Position numbers and translations under genes: made by a program. Below the pieces are notes generated by a model. That model was not told the origin of the DNA and did no database searches. It saw only the letters and a program-made list of their open reading frames with translations. Positions 10,526-21,230 of a DNA stretch of 64,000 bases are shown here, one piece after another. Origin of the DNA: Corallochytrium limacisporum Hawaii (taxonomy: Eukaryota > Protista > Pluriformea); contig PDIP01000086.1 in NCBI GenBank assembly GCA_002811645.1, forward strand, positions 71,221 through 135,220. Direction: 5' to 3'. How positions within the stretch are numbered: position 1 is the first letter of the stretch; each line of letters starts with the position of its first letter.

Positions 10526-11656
10526 CTATTGTCCAGAATGCCCAGAGGCGCTCGCAAGGCTCCCTTGAGATCCAAACCGACCCTTGAGTAGGCCAATTGG
10601 ACCTCTCCGGGGCGTCGTGCGGGCGGATGGCCGGTCGCCCCGCGGTGAACTCACGCCTCCGAGTGGTGGCACACGTTGACTTGGTGACATGGGTGCTTGA
10701 TGATGCAGTCCCATGTTATCAAAATCGGAGCCGATGGAGGTCATACTGTCTGCACGACGCACACTGGGTCCTTCCCGTGGTGACGGCAATGGGCTCGGTG
10801 CCGTAGTGGGCATCGGCAGGAACATCTTTGTGACACGCTCAACTTCAGAGTTCCAGTGTGGACTGCAGAGAGTGTGGACGGCAGGAACTTGCACCGAATT
10901 CTTCTCGACATACATACCGCGAAGATAGTAGCACTTAAAGAACGGGCCACCACAGAAACTGCAGCTCTTGGCGGTGCGTAAATAGTCAGAAACTTCCGAA
11001 GGGATCCGCTCATTGTCGTCCCAGACCGAATGGCGTATGAGGTAGCGAGATACAACCTCCTGTAGGGTCAAGAATACGGGATCCTCGAATTCAAAGTGAT
11101 CAACCAAAGGATTGTGTCTCACATTCAATCTCCGCAGCTTCTTCAGTTTTGCTACCTCTGCTGGAATATAAGGGAGTTGATTGCGAGAGACATTGAGGCT
11201 TTCTAGACTGCTGCAGAAGCCCAGCTCCCGGGGGACTTCTTTAAGTTTGTTGCGATTCAATGTTAAGGTTTTCAATTTCGACAGTCTACCAATAGATGCA
11301 GGTACCCGTATCAGCTCATTATTATCCATATGTAGAGATTCAAGCTTGCACAGATCACCAATGGCTTCTGGGATCTCCTTCAGCTTGTTGTTCGACAAAA
11401 CAAGCGTTGTGACCTCGGAAAGCAACCCAATGGTCGGAATCTCTTGAATTTCGTTGCAACAGGCGATAAATTTCTTCACCTCATGTTGGATCCGCAGAAA
11501 GTCTGGTGAAATGGTGTTGATGTTCTTAGAGCACAACGAAACCGTAGTTCCTTGTATGTCTCGGTTATCGAGCAAATCCGAGAGATAAAGCGGTCTTCCG
11601 TCCTTGTTCACGCCAACCACAAACGTGCTGGGTTCACCACTGACGGCATTACCCAT
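10526..11656 (-). CDS. Leucine-rich repeat protein with C-terminal BC-box-like and Cys-rich motif (LRRC58/LRRC28-like); likely N-myristoylated
   Basis: About 7 LxxLxLxxNxL repeats, followed by TLQEVVSRYL...YLRTAKSCSFCGGPFF...HTLCSPH. First ATG gives MGNAVS (MGxxxS). Confidence 0.8.
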   Translation of the reverse strand: MGNAVSGEPSTFVVGVNKDGRPLYLSDLLDNRDIQGTTVSLCSKNINTISPDFLRIQHEVKKFIACCNEIQEIPTIGLLSEVTTLVLSNNKLKEIPEAIGDLCKLESLHMDNNELIRVPASIGRLSKLKTLTLNRNKLKEVPRELGFCSSLESLNVSRNQLPYIPAEVAKLKKLRRLNVRHNPLVDHFEFEDPVFLTLQEVVSRYLIRHSVWDDNERIPSEVSDYLRTAKSCSFCGGPFFKCYYLRGMYVEKNSVQVPAVHTLCSPHWNSEVERVTKMFLPMPTTAPSPLPSPREGPSVRRADSMTSIGSDFDNMGLHHQAPMSPSQRVPPLGGVSSPRGDRPSARTTPRRGPIGLLKGRFGSQGSLASASGHSGQ

Positions 11657-12299
11657 TGTTTTCTTTAAGACTCGTTCCCGATATTTACAGCTCAACTATA
11701 GATCCGGTTTCCATATGTCTTTTAGTCGTTTACATTACACGTCATTGCTATTTCTTGTTCACTTTCTCGTTATTTAGTCCCTTACAAGATTCCAAACATA
11801 GTGCACAATAATTTGTTTCTTTTTCATCTAGGATACGAAACACCTTCACACGTAATTCACAGAATAATACAACGTTTCGTAATACGATGTCCAACGTAAT
11901 GTAGGGTCTATTGTACCGCATCGCAAAAATTAAATGACGCCCCTCGGTATCTACCACGCCTCCAACACCCGCCTTAACTGCAACTCATCCAGTTTTTTGT
12001 TCCCTTCCGCTCTCCTATTGTAACTGAGACCCGCAGATTCTACAGAGGAACTGATATATTGCTGCTGTCCGCAGGAGCCTGGCCCGTCAGTCCTGGTGGT
12101 TGCCTGTGGAGTACTTTGAGAGAATCTCGGCTCCGTCAGAACTCAGCCAATTAGAACTGCAGCCTTGCTTGTGCAATCTTGTGGGTCTCTCGGCTTTAAC
12201 TCGTCCCCCAATTCAGGCAAGTTCTCCGCCCCCCGTAGTTAGAGCAAAGGCAGGTACAGATGTGAATTCAACCGGCTCCGAGCGGTTCACCGCAGGGAT

Positions 12300-12981
12300 G
12301 GAGAGATTCTCGCTGCTTTAGAGTGGCGCACCCCTTCCTCCCGATATTACAACCGGGCTGTGCAAATTGCAACGCGGAAGTTTGAGAGGAATCTCACATA
12401 TTGGCCGCAAAGTTGGCAGGAAAGTGTAACACAGAGATTTTGCTCCGAGACCGCTGTGGGTTCTCCGTGCTTGGGGACGGTGTTCCCTAACAACCTCTAC
12501 CACCTCCAAGAAGTCTTCAATTCGCTTCGCATTCGGGAGTGTGTTGAGAGAAGAGCGTTTAGTGAAGGCAGATGCCTTCGTGTACAACGACGCTATCCAG
12601 GATTCTACACCACTCACCCCTATTTGAATTCTTCTGCGCATGAGAAAAAAATGTTCCACAGCAACACCTAGTTAAGGGCTGAAGTGGTAAACACACCAGC
12701 ACAATTTTACAAACTCCCGGATATATAATTTGCCCTACTAAACTAGTGTACCACGGTACTGGATGTGCTGCCAGTTTCACCACACACTTCAGTGAGGACA
12801 CGGTTCTGCGCCTGGGAAGCGGCAGTGCGCAGAAAACGGCTTCCGAGGATCGGGGTTTCACAAGCGCGCGGGTCTGATCGTCCGGACGGTCGCTGTTCCT
12901 TTCCCCTCTGTGTGACTCTTGCCTGAGAATTTCCTGGTACTTCGTATAGTAAACCATCATTTCGACTAATTCATTGTACAT
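12300..12981 (-). pseudogene. Probable degenerate gene head-to-head with the CFAP61 pseudogene; identity uncertain (weak RSPH10B-like segments)
   Basis: Overlapping broken frames: MYNELVEMMVYYTKYQ.. / ..RFLR[d]CRF.. / GKLYIREFVKLCWCVYHFSP*LGVAVEHFF..RIEDFLEVVEV. The resemblance is from memory only. Confidence 0.3.
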
Positions 12982-13052
12982 CTAGGTGCTCTGCGGGACA
13001 ATTTGTAACCTTCGTTGTGACATGGGACTTGTGCATCTCAAGAACTTTTAAG

Positions 13053-14981
13053 ATGCCGGTCCAGGGCAACCATCTCACCATTCGCAGGATGGAAAAGGAG
13101 GACCGCGAAGTGTATGTATCCGTCGTGAACAATGGACACAGTAAGCATATCAAGCCCCGGCAATGGACCAATTGGGGGTTGAAGATGTCATAGGGCGCTC
13201 TATATTTGCCCTCATAGGTGAGGTTGATGGAAATCCATGCTGTGTGGCACTGTTCCGTGACCACCCGAACGAGGATGAGGCCCCGAGGAATTCCTGGTCG
13301 GATTGGGAAAAATTCAAAGGTATCGAAGAGTTTGCGAATTTCACAGCAGAAGATGTTGTATGGATAGGCGTTGCCTCAGGATCGTATGGGAATTTCCGTG
13401 AATTTATGTACAAGGCCGCCAATTGCATGTTCGACAGCATCACCCGTGCGAGAGCAGTCGTGTGCCTCGGGCTGGACTCCTCGGGACTTTTGAACGTGGT
13501 GCTTCTTTCATTGTGATAAATCGCAATGAATTTATATCAGCTAGCCGTATTCGTCAAGCACGTATGCAAGACTACGACGACATGATGCTATTGGTCAAGA
13601 CCCAGGGCTCCTCACTAATGCGAGAATATGGCGAATTCTTCTTTAGCGACACTATTGATTTCGAAGACGATAAGAACATCTGCCTCGTCTGTGAGAAAGA
13701 GGGCAAAATAATTGGTCTCCTGGTAGCCACCATCGATGTAGCCTGGGAGAAGTGGAAAAGGACTATGACCTAGAATGCTTTGATAGTCTGTGCGTCTTTA
13801 ACGAATCCAAAGACGTGCCCGCTGCTGCAGACCCGGCGCCTCTCGGCAAGTTCCGTGACCACCTAAGTCCTACTCCTTATGCCGGATCGATGTCGGATCT
13901 TAAGAAAGGCAGTGCAGCATCCATCAATAAACTGATGGTCTTGTCAAATTCAAACTTGGTCCCGAGCAGTCGGCTAAGCAGTCGGTGCGATCTTCAGGCG
14001 GACAATGGCAGTCGAGCCGATCTCAACGCTACCCACGAAGTCGATAGCACGGGCTGGTGGGTGCCTTCATTTATCGTTATTTCTCTGCTGCTCGTGGACC
14101 AATTTTATAATCAGACCAATGGTTTTCTGCACAGTGTCTTCAGTCTCGTCCCGGAGAAGCACTTTGTCGGTGATTAGTCTACCCTACGATGCTGAAGTGC
14201 CCTATATGCTCCATCAATTCACACTTATCCCTGCACGTCCCGACCGCACTGCTTCTCAGGCGCTCTACGTCTTCCATTGCTTTGGCCTTGATAACACGGT
14301 TTGTGTCCATGAGTTCCTAGACGGCCAGTTAGAGGATGTGAACGAGATGTAAGAAGGACTGGCCAATGCTGAAGAAATTATGTCAACGCTTCGCATGCTG
14401 CACGCTGTAAAATAGCCAGTCCGACCTGGAAGGAAGCATCACGGGGCCCCCACGGTTGGAACATGGCACAGGACAGGCCTCATGAACTGGTCACACGGGA
14501 TGCAGATAGTATGTGTGGGTACTTCTCCCTTACGATAGATGAATTCGGCTGTGTGAGCAAAATTACTTGTATCACAGAGAACTGTGAGATCTACTTCGAG
14601 GAGTTATCCAATTTGCATGGTTTTCCCGCATCGTATCTGAACCGCGTCTGGGAGCGCTTCTCTGAGGACTTGATCGCCGATTTCTTCGAGCATTTTGCAG
14701 AGCCCTGGGCGAGTGCCTTATACCAGGACCGTTTCGGCGTAGTGCGCCAAGACGTTGAGAAAGGCCTGGCCATGCTCTCCCTGCTTACCTACGAAGAGGT
14801 TCTTGGAACCATAAAGAACGAACTAGATGACAACAACAACGTCTGCGATGAGAAACAGAGAAAACTGTTGGGAAAATTGACGAGCAAGGACGTCGTTGCC
14901 CACATCTACCTCATGATGTTCTCATAGCTAGAACCGAATGCAGATCACCTGCCCATGTACAAACGTCCTGGGTACGAGTGA
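13053..14981 (+). pseudogene. CFAP61: Cilia- and flagella-associated protein 61 pseudogene (CSC/radial-spoke associated); multiple frameshifts, stops and a large internal deletion
   Basis: Collinear fragments in changing frames: IRRMEKED / FRDHPN..SWSDW / RIRQARMQDYDDMM..YGEFFFSDTIDFEDDKNICLVCEKEG / YDLECFDSL / ISLP..QALYVFHCFGL / ELVT..YFSLTIDEFGCVSKITC..DLIADFFEHFAEPWASALYQDRF / HLPMYKRPG*. These match CFAP61 N- and C-terminal motifs. Stops at 14350 and 14925. Confidence 0.9.
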
Positions 14982-15209
14982 ACACGTTAAGTCTAGCACG
15001 ACAAACCTGTTAGTGAAGCAAATACGCCACAAGCCAAACACTGCAGTGCCCTCTTTGATATTGCATTGGTGACTGTGCGCATAAGCGAACGGTCGTGATG
15101 AATTATACTAATATCTGATGTTACCTTTTGTTGTATCGGGAGAATGGTTCCGATTGTGTGTGCTGATCTCCAGTGTGTACTAGATTCTTCAAGATCGTGA
15201 AAAGCAGAT

Positions 15210-15629
15210 CTACGGTTTGTTGGATCCCGTAGAATCACTCTTGGTATCTCCCGGTTGAACCGGGTCTTTCGCCCGTTCCCAGCGACTAGTTTCGTGGTGC
15301 AGCGCCTGCAGCTGCCCGATTTGTTCCTCACTGAACGCATTGACCTGCTGCATGGTCAAGGGACTGCCAAACTCTACAGGTTTGCTCTTGTCTGCTTCCA
15401 GCTTGGAGTCCATAATCTGCAACTCCAGGCTGGACTTATAGTCTAGCCATCCCTTCAGGAAGGGTTCGATAAACTCCGGTTTGGCATCCTTGTGCCGTTT
15501 GAATTCATCCCGGACGTACTGATTGCCAAAATCAGCCATGGCTTTGGGCATGTGGTTGTTGAGGCGACGGATGCTCTTGTACAGGCTCAACACGAACCGA
15601 CGGTGTCCTATTCCGCCGGGGGAAGTCAT
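15210..15629 (-). CDS. SDHAF3: Succinate dehydrogenase assembly factor 3 (Sdh7/ACN9, LYR family)
   Basis: LYKSIRRLNNHMPKAMADFGNQYVRDEFKRHK..FLKGWLDY and SEEQIGQLQAL. Confidence 0.92.
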   Translation of the reverse strand: MTSPGGIGHRRFVLSLYKSIRRLNNHMPKAMADFGNQYVRDEFKRHKDAKPEFIEPFLKGWLDYKSSLELQIMDSKLEADKSKPVEFGSPLTMQQVNAFSEEQIGQLQALHHETSRWERAKDPVQPGDTKSDSTGSNKP

Positions 15630-16096
15630 GGTGGGCTGTGTCTGGGTACACCAAGTACTGTCTTTCTAAGTATGCACGAAAACAACGGGTTTTGATGAGC
15701 CACTATCCCCAGTTAAACATCAACAATGACCCGATCACACTTGCCAGTGAACTACGATGGTTAAACACTCGTACTCTCCAGGTTCGAATACCCTCTCGCC
15801 CACGCTGTTTCGACTTCAGCTTGAGGGCCGCGACTTTGACAGACCCGCCCCTTCCTTCGGGCTTTCAGGGACGCTCGCCTAAATTCTCTACGAGAGTTCT
15901 CTTACCCCGTCACTGTACCGGCCCTGGATCGACGGGGAACCCAGCGGGGGAACCCAGCGGGGTAAGGTCAGATATCAATTGCTTAGTACCAAAGAAATTT
16001 CCATACGCGAGTGGTTCCTATCAATCCCTCGGGAAGGCCACCCTCTTGTCGACTACCGGAATGTATTGTATCTGTTAGTTAGCATCGCTCTTCTTC

Positions 16097-18487
16097 TCAA
16101 ATCGGAATGAGGGGATGTCTCTCGGCTCCTGCTGACCGGTCCGATGGATTGGGCTTGGGTGCTGGAAAGCGGCGGAGGGCCCGCTCCACTCGGTCTTTCA
16201 CGCTCTTGTCCACGCTAATAGCAGCAATGTACTGCTCCCATTCCTGGAGGTGATCCTGATGAGACTTGCCATCCTCAGCCAATGTATTGCAACTGAAGAA
16301 ACTTGAATTGGCCGCGTGGACAGACCCCCGACGAACGACAGGTTGATCCCAATCAGCAGTCTGCGATGCTTCGTCAGTCTTTGACTTTGTCGACAGCTTG
16401 GACAGCAACCTCTTCAACGAATTTGTCACACCATCACCGTTATGCTTTGCTAGTGAGACATTGACAGCAATGGCGAAATCGAGCAGTAGATTGTCACCGG
16501 TTGGATCCATTAGGGCTGCATTAGCAAGTTTGACCGAATCCTCGACACTGTAGCCGTGCGTGGGTGTTGTGTGGACATACGGTTTGAGCCAGTTTGTGTC
16601 AATCTGAAGCGTTGAGAGTGCGGTTATGAGCTTCAGTAGCTCTGGTGCTTGGAACGGATGCTCTCGACGCTGTGCTGAATCTCTGCCGTCGAGAATCGCT
16701 GGGACGAAACGGCTGGCTGTGTGCCCATCTTCGGGCCACAGATGAGACCAGGCCCACAGTAACTCAGGCATGGTGCGGATGGGCACAAATTTAAGTCCAG
16801 GCTGATCACAGCGGGAAGCCACGTTATCACGCAGCGCCTTTACGATGCGTGCGGCGTCCTTGTTTTCTTCCAAGTTCGAGCTCTGCAGACCGTGAGCAAC
16901 AAAACCGTTGAGAATCATGCTGACTTCGTCAACAGGCATGGACTCAAACCTCCGATCACGGCATTTGTGGCAGAGTTCAGTGAGAAACTTCAATTCGCTG
17001 CTGCCTGAAGCAGTGAACGCACGGATCATCTTGCCCACGACTTCGCCAGAGATGTCCTTTTCGCCGAGCAAACGTGAACGAATGATTTGCAGCACCTCAG
17101 CGCCCCACCCATCGTTCTCTGCACTCCTGCTTCCAATTTTCACATAGGCCCTTGCCAGCCCGGGCAATTTATATACGCTCACCAGTGGAATCGCGGCTTT
17201 GATCTGAGCTCGCAATTCCTTGAGCAGATGCCCGTGCCACTGCACTTTTCCAGCACTTATAGCCAAATTGCAAATTTGTCGCCGGCTCATTTTGTCCTGT
17301 GCCGCGATAAGAGACAGTTCAATTTGTCGCAGACTCTGCTCATAGACTCTGTGGTGCGGGAACAGTGTACTGACAACCATTGATAGCTCACGCACGTCTA
17401 AATGTTCCCTCCGTTTCTCAATGCTGCGCACGATTTCTGTGGCAATATCCCAAGGGTCCTGCAGTTCTGACTCCCGACCAATCATCATTTTGTAGCTAAT
17501 CACCACGGACAGGATCTGCGCTAATTGCTTACCACTCAATTGGTTCAGACTCACTTTGCACAGTTTTCTGCCGCAGGCTGCAAGGAAGGCAGACGCTCGT
17601 GCTGTCGTCTCTGGATTTTTGCTTGCACTGGGGGCGATGCCGTGCCGCATGTACCACATCGCAGATGCTGTATCGTGCGCAGTGAGAATATCGAGGCGAG
17701 AGGTCAGCTCACTGAAAATTTGGCCGCCAAGTACAGGTTCGAGTAAACCATAGGTATCTCTGGAAGTTCCGATGGCACTGGTCAGCGTCAAGAGTGTTCG
17801 TGAGTCCATATCTGCTATTTGTGCAGAGGCCGTGCTGGCCACTGTGACCACTAGCTGCGCAGTGTCCCCTTCGGTGATCATCGACATTCGCGATCTCTCC
17901 AATCGGTTTCCTTGTTTTCTGTCCATAGTCCAACCCGACGGTTCGGTGAGTGCTCGCAAGGCCATGGCCAGGTAGGCGGGCTTAAAATTGTGTGCAACTT
18001 TATCCCAGCGCAGCAGGGCCCGCGTACACATCGCGCGATCCAGGAGCCCAAATTGAGCCAATGCCCAGAGTGTAGTGCTGAGGTCGTAGGCTGTCATGTC
18101 ATCCATGTGTGCGTAAAGGGAACTCTTCAACGGATCCTCCACCTTGTCTAGCGCTATGGATCCTTTGTAAGTTGCACAGCTTGAATGCTGCAGCGTCCGC
18201 TTCTTTCGCGCCAGCGCGTTCACTGTGCAAACTGCATATGTTCTTGAGAATGCTACTTTGTAGAATCCGCTAGTCTTTACGCCAGGTCCGAATTCTCCTG
18301 CTTTGGCGGCAAGCAATGCTTTATCCCATGATGGTGCGTTCAATATACTATATTCGTGTTCTGACCGCGGTCGTTCGCTTGCGCTAGAAGAACGACTCCT
18401 TGTGTTCGACCAAGCCGAGCTCTGTAATCGTATTTGCCACATAGAACCATTCATGGCTCTTCGGCTTAGGATGCATATCCTCGGCAT
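16097..18487 (-). CDS. Helical-repeat, probably mitochondrial RNA-binding protein (FASTK/OPR/HPR-like)
   Basis: Basic, Ser-rich N-terminus resembling a mitochondrial presequence. Recurrent ~37-aa helical units (DLSTTLWALAQFG, YLAMALRAL, EVSMILNGF, TMPELLWAWSHL). 796 aa uninterrupted. Confidence 0.6.
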   Translation of the reverse strand: MPRICILSRRAMNGSMWQIRLQSSAWSNTRSRSSSASERPRSEHEYSILNAPSWDKALLAAKAGEFGPGVKTSGFYKVAFSRTYAVCTVNALARKKRTLQHSSCATYKGSIALDKVEDPLKSSLYAHMDDMTAYDLSTTLWALAQFGLLDRAMCTRALLRWDKVAHNFKPAYLAMALRALTEPSGWTMDRKQGNRLERSRMSMITEGDTAQLVVTVASTASAQIADMDSRTLLTLTSAIGTSRDTYGLLEPVLGGQIFSELTSRLDILTAHDTASAMWYMRHGIAPSASKNPETTARASAFLAACGRKLCKVSLNQLSGKQLAQILSVVISYKMMIGRESELQDPWDIATEIVRSIEKRREHLDVRELSMVVSTLFPHHRVYEQSLRQIELSLIAAQDKMSRRQICNLAISAGKVQWHGHLLKELRAQIKAAIPLVSVYKLPGLARAYVKIGSRSAENDGWGAEVLQIIRSRLLGEKDISGEVVGKMIRAFTASGSSELKFLTELCHKCRDRRFESMPVDEVSMILNGFVAHGLQSSNLEENKDAARIVKALRDNVASRCDQPGLKFVPIRTMPELLWAWSHLWPEDGHTASRFVPAILDGRDSAQRREHPFQAPELLKLITALSTLQIDTNWLKPYVHTTPTHGYSVEDSVKLANAALMDPTGDNLLLDFAIAVNVSLAKHNGDGVTNSLKRLLSKLSTKSKTDEASQTADWDQPVVRRGSVHAANSSFFSCNTLAEDGKSHQDHLQEWEQYIAAISVDKSVKDRVERALRRFPAPKPNPSDRSAGAERHPLIPI

Positions 18488-19432
18488 TTCTAAGTATTTT
18501 AATGTGACTGAGCGGGCCTTGACCTATCCCACAAACATGATTAAGCGCGCTTCTGACTATGGTTGTTTATATGCCCAGCAGTCGATCTAAAAGTCCAATA
18601 TAAACCGCACTAGACTTCTCTTCGCCCTATCGTTGTCTCTGGCTATTCCTTTCACTGATAAAATGATCACCCTATCTGATTCGCTCTGTGAGCGTCGACA
18701 TAACGAGAGCGAGAACTAGACTGGTAATGGGCAGCCAGCCATGATGTACCTTCCCAAAGTGTGCGCAGGGGACTCAGTCACGAGGAACGGGCGGGTACAG
18801 TTTCTTTCGTTTTCCTCCATTCTACAATTCCCTGCGCAATGTCAAAATTTGGTAGTGAACGAAAGACTTCGGGTGGTCAATTAGACGAGTGAAAGAAAGG
18901 GTAAAACTGCTGGGCGAACGTCAAGACACCGCAATCTAATTGCTTTGAAAGGGAGCGAAAACTCTTGTTTGCCGCGTAAGCTCGTCAATGCAGGCTGCAC
19001 TACCGTCTACGTTTTCGACACTACTGCCGTTGACTTTCTCGATCGGATGATGGCACGGGTCTCGATCCCTGTACGCTAACATACAAACCATCTTGTGTGC
19101 AAGCCCAGTTTTGGCTAACCGTCCTTCATTTGATATTGGAGGCCGCATTTGCCATTCCTGTGCACGACAGTCGCGTTCTGCATTCCAGAAGCCATGCACC
19201 CATCACTTGGCTGAGGTCACCCACTCTGGGGAAAAATTCGGGCACCCACCAAGCAGGCACAAACCCAGCGCAAGATTCCAGTAGACGGCTTTTGTGCACC
19301 CGCCTCCATACGAATCCGCCTGGATTACACAGTCCCCTTGGGGCAGGAGGCTGCGGGGGTTACTCACGCAGGTGGGAACAAAGGGGGAGGGGGGGGCTCC
19401 CTCAAAAACGCAAACCGATGTTCGAGCTAGCG

Positions 19433-19470
19433 GGTTGGGGGTGTGGGGGGTGTGGGGGGTGTGGGGGGTG
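19433..19470 (+). repeat. (GGGGGGTGT)n G-rich tandem repeat, G-quadruplex-capable
   Basis: Four runs of about G6 separated by TGT. Confidence 0.8.
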
Positions 19471-19793
19471 CGCGTGTATATCCAGTGTGATAGGACATTT
19501 CCGCTGGTGGACTATGACCACCTGAGGACTCTGGATGTTCTTTAAAGGCTTGTGTATTGGAGGTTTGTGGACTATGTGAAACATATTTCAATATCCTACA
19601 TGAACAGAGACATGGTCGTAGAAACAGAAGAGTACGACACACGATTGTATTGAAAGTACACCAAGATTCCCAGCCAAAACCTTGGGTGGCGCCCAGAGTA
19701 TGTTAGAAATCGTTATGGATCATCTGGGATGAATGACTAGCATCATGATGTAATTGGATTCACTGCGTGTATAATCTTTCTCAAGCAGTGAAC

Positions 19794-21119
19794 ATGGTGC
19801 TGAATCCCATTGGCTCCAGTGGAGGGCCCAAAGAGACCATGCACCAAAGATATGCGTATATTCGGATATTCCAAAGGGGCCATCTCATTAATCCCCTGCA
19901 ATTAGAGTCGAACGGACGGTGGCTATTTGAGCCAATGTGCCTGATTGTTCTACAACTCCTTCAGATGGTCACAATCTATTCGATTCATCTTGAGCGGTAT
20001 GATTTTGTGCCGCTGATCTTGGCAGTAACCGTGTATTTCGTGCCACACCATTTGCCAGAGTATATAGGCTCATTCGTGGCCACTAACGAAGCGCCAAGCA
20101 TAGAAGAATTGGATAGGTTATTCAAGATGGGTGGATCAGGCAATAAGTCATCAAAACTTTCCAAGGAAAGGAGTGGGAAACAGCCAACAAAAGCAGATTT
20201 TTGGGCCATGCTAGGCATGACCGAGGTCATAGTTTTGATCTCTTGCAGTTGGTATGTGGCTGCTTGGTACGGTTGGAAGATTATGTTTGTAGTGTTCATG
20301 ATTCAGGGGCTGAAACCGCTTGTATTTGGAACTGCCGGCATGGGACAGCCGTTGCGGGTAAGGATACCGGAGCCCGATCAGTCACGATTGTCATCATCTA
20401 CGTTGGCCGCCAGAATGGGAGGCAAGGAAGACCCCTATGTTTGCTGGCTATCAGAATTGAATAAGAACAAACAGCACCAAGCGTGGCGACAACAAATTCC
20501 AGAAAACTTGGAAAAGAGCGTGATCCGTCATGCAGCGTGCTTGGTGATGGTGACCTGTTGTTATCATGCGCTCCTCTTCGTGGAGGTGCCTGTTTTGTGT
20601 GCCATGGAGTACCAACGGGCTCATGGACTAACGATTGACTTCTACATCAATACTTTCCGGACCATGGTTGTCGTATTCCACACTGTTGTTGCCAGTTTGG
20701 TACTACAATTGCTGCCCGTGCTGGCGGCAGATGTTCTGGACATTGGTCTTGTGCTTGGACCAACACCAACGGGAAAGAAGGCGAAGGCAGCAGCGCGGAG
20801 ACAGTGGCAGCAGGAACTGAACAACCGTGGAGGTCCGGCAAATGCTGCATCAAATCACTACCCTCTAGTTTCGCACCAGAGGCAGCAACCATCCCTTGGA
20901 CTCTGGGATACTGATGTGTGTCTGTCACAGTGGACTCGTAAGGATGTCTACGCCGTCCTCCTGGGGCTACTTGGCACGGCAGCGGCGCTCCAGCTCACGC
21001 TACTCTACAACGGAGGGCCTGTGTTGCGGTTAGTAGTAGATTCACTGCTGCTGCTGCTCATTGTGGGTCTGACTTTGCTGGCCAGGCACTCTTTCACTTG
21101 CGGGAAGAGTGCGAATTAA
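19794..21119 (+). CDS. Uncharacterised multi-pass membrane protein
   Basis: About 440-aa ORF with ~8 hydrophobic segments arranged in pairs. First ATG is at 19794; the true start is uncertain. Confidence 0.7.
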   Translation: MVLNPIGSSGGPKETMHQRYAYIRIFQRGHLINPLQLESNGRWLFEPMCLIVLQLLQMVTIYSIHLERYDFVPLILAVTVYFVPHHLPEYIGSFVATNEAPSIEELDRLFKMGGSGNKSSKLSKERSGKQPTKADFWAMLGMTEVIVLISCSWYVAAWYGWKIMFVVFMIQGLKPLVFGTAGMGQPLRVRIPEPDQSRLSSSTLAARMGGKEDPYVCWLSELNKNKQHQAWRQQIPENLEKSVIRHAACLVMVTCCYHALLFVEVPVLCAMEYQRAHGLTIDFYINTFRTMVVVFHTVVASLVLQLLPVLAADVLDIGLVLGPTPTGKKAKAAARRQWQQELNNRGGPANAASNHYPLVSHQRQQPSLGLWDTDVCLSQWTRKDVYAVLLGLLGTAAALQLTLLYNGGPVLRLVVDSLLLLLIVGLTLLARHSFTCGKSAN

Positions 21120-21230
21120 AGAAGTGTGAAAGACGTGTTTCTTTCGCCAAAGGATGTGTACGAAAGTTTCATACACTCTTACTGAATCGAGTATTGCATA
21201 TTGTATAGAAAGGACACATTAGTGTTTTCT

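Noticed and set aside
13141-13154. A 14-nt GTAAG...AG mini-intron would repair the first CFAP61 frameshift, raising a tiny-intron or recoding explanation for the broken genes
   Set aside because: The other lesions examined (13480, 13750, LRRC51 27531 and 27573, CCDC40 duplication) have no suitably phased GT-AG pair. They are heterogeneous (stops, deletions, a duplication), as expected for decay.
15740-15800. tRNA-like B-box GGTTCGAAT (similar ones at ~35430 minus strand and ~60983)
   Set aside because: No pairing T-stem or acceptor stem, and no cloverleaf can be drawn.
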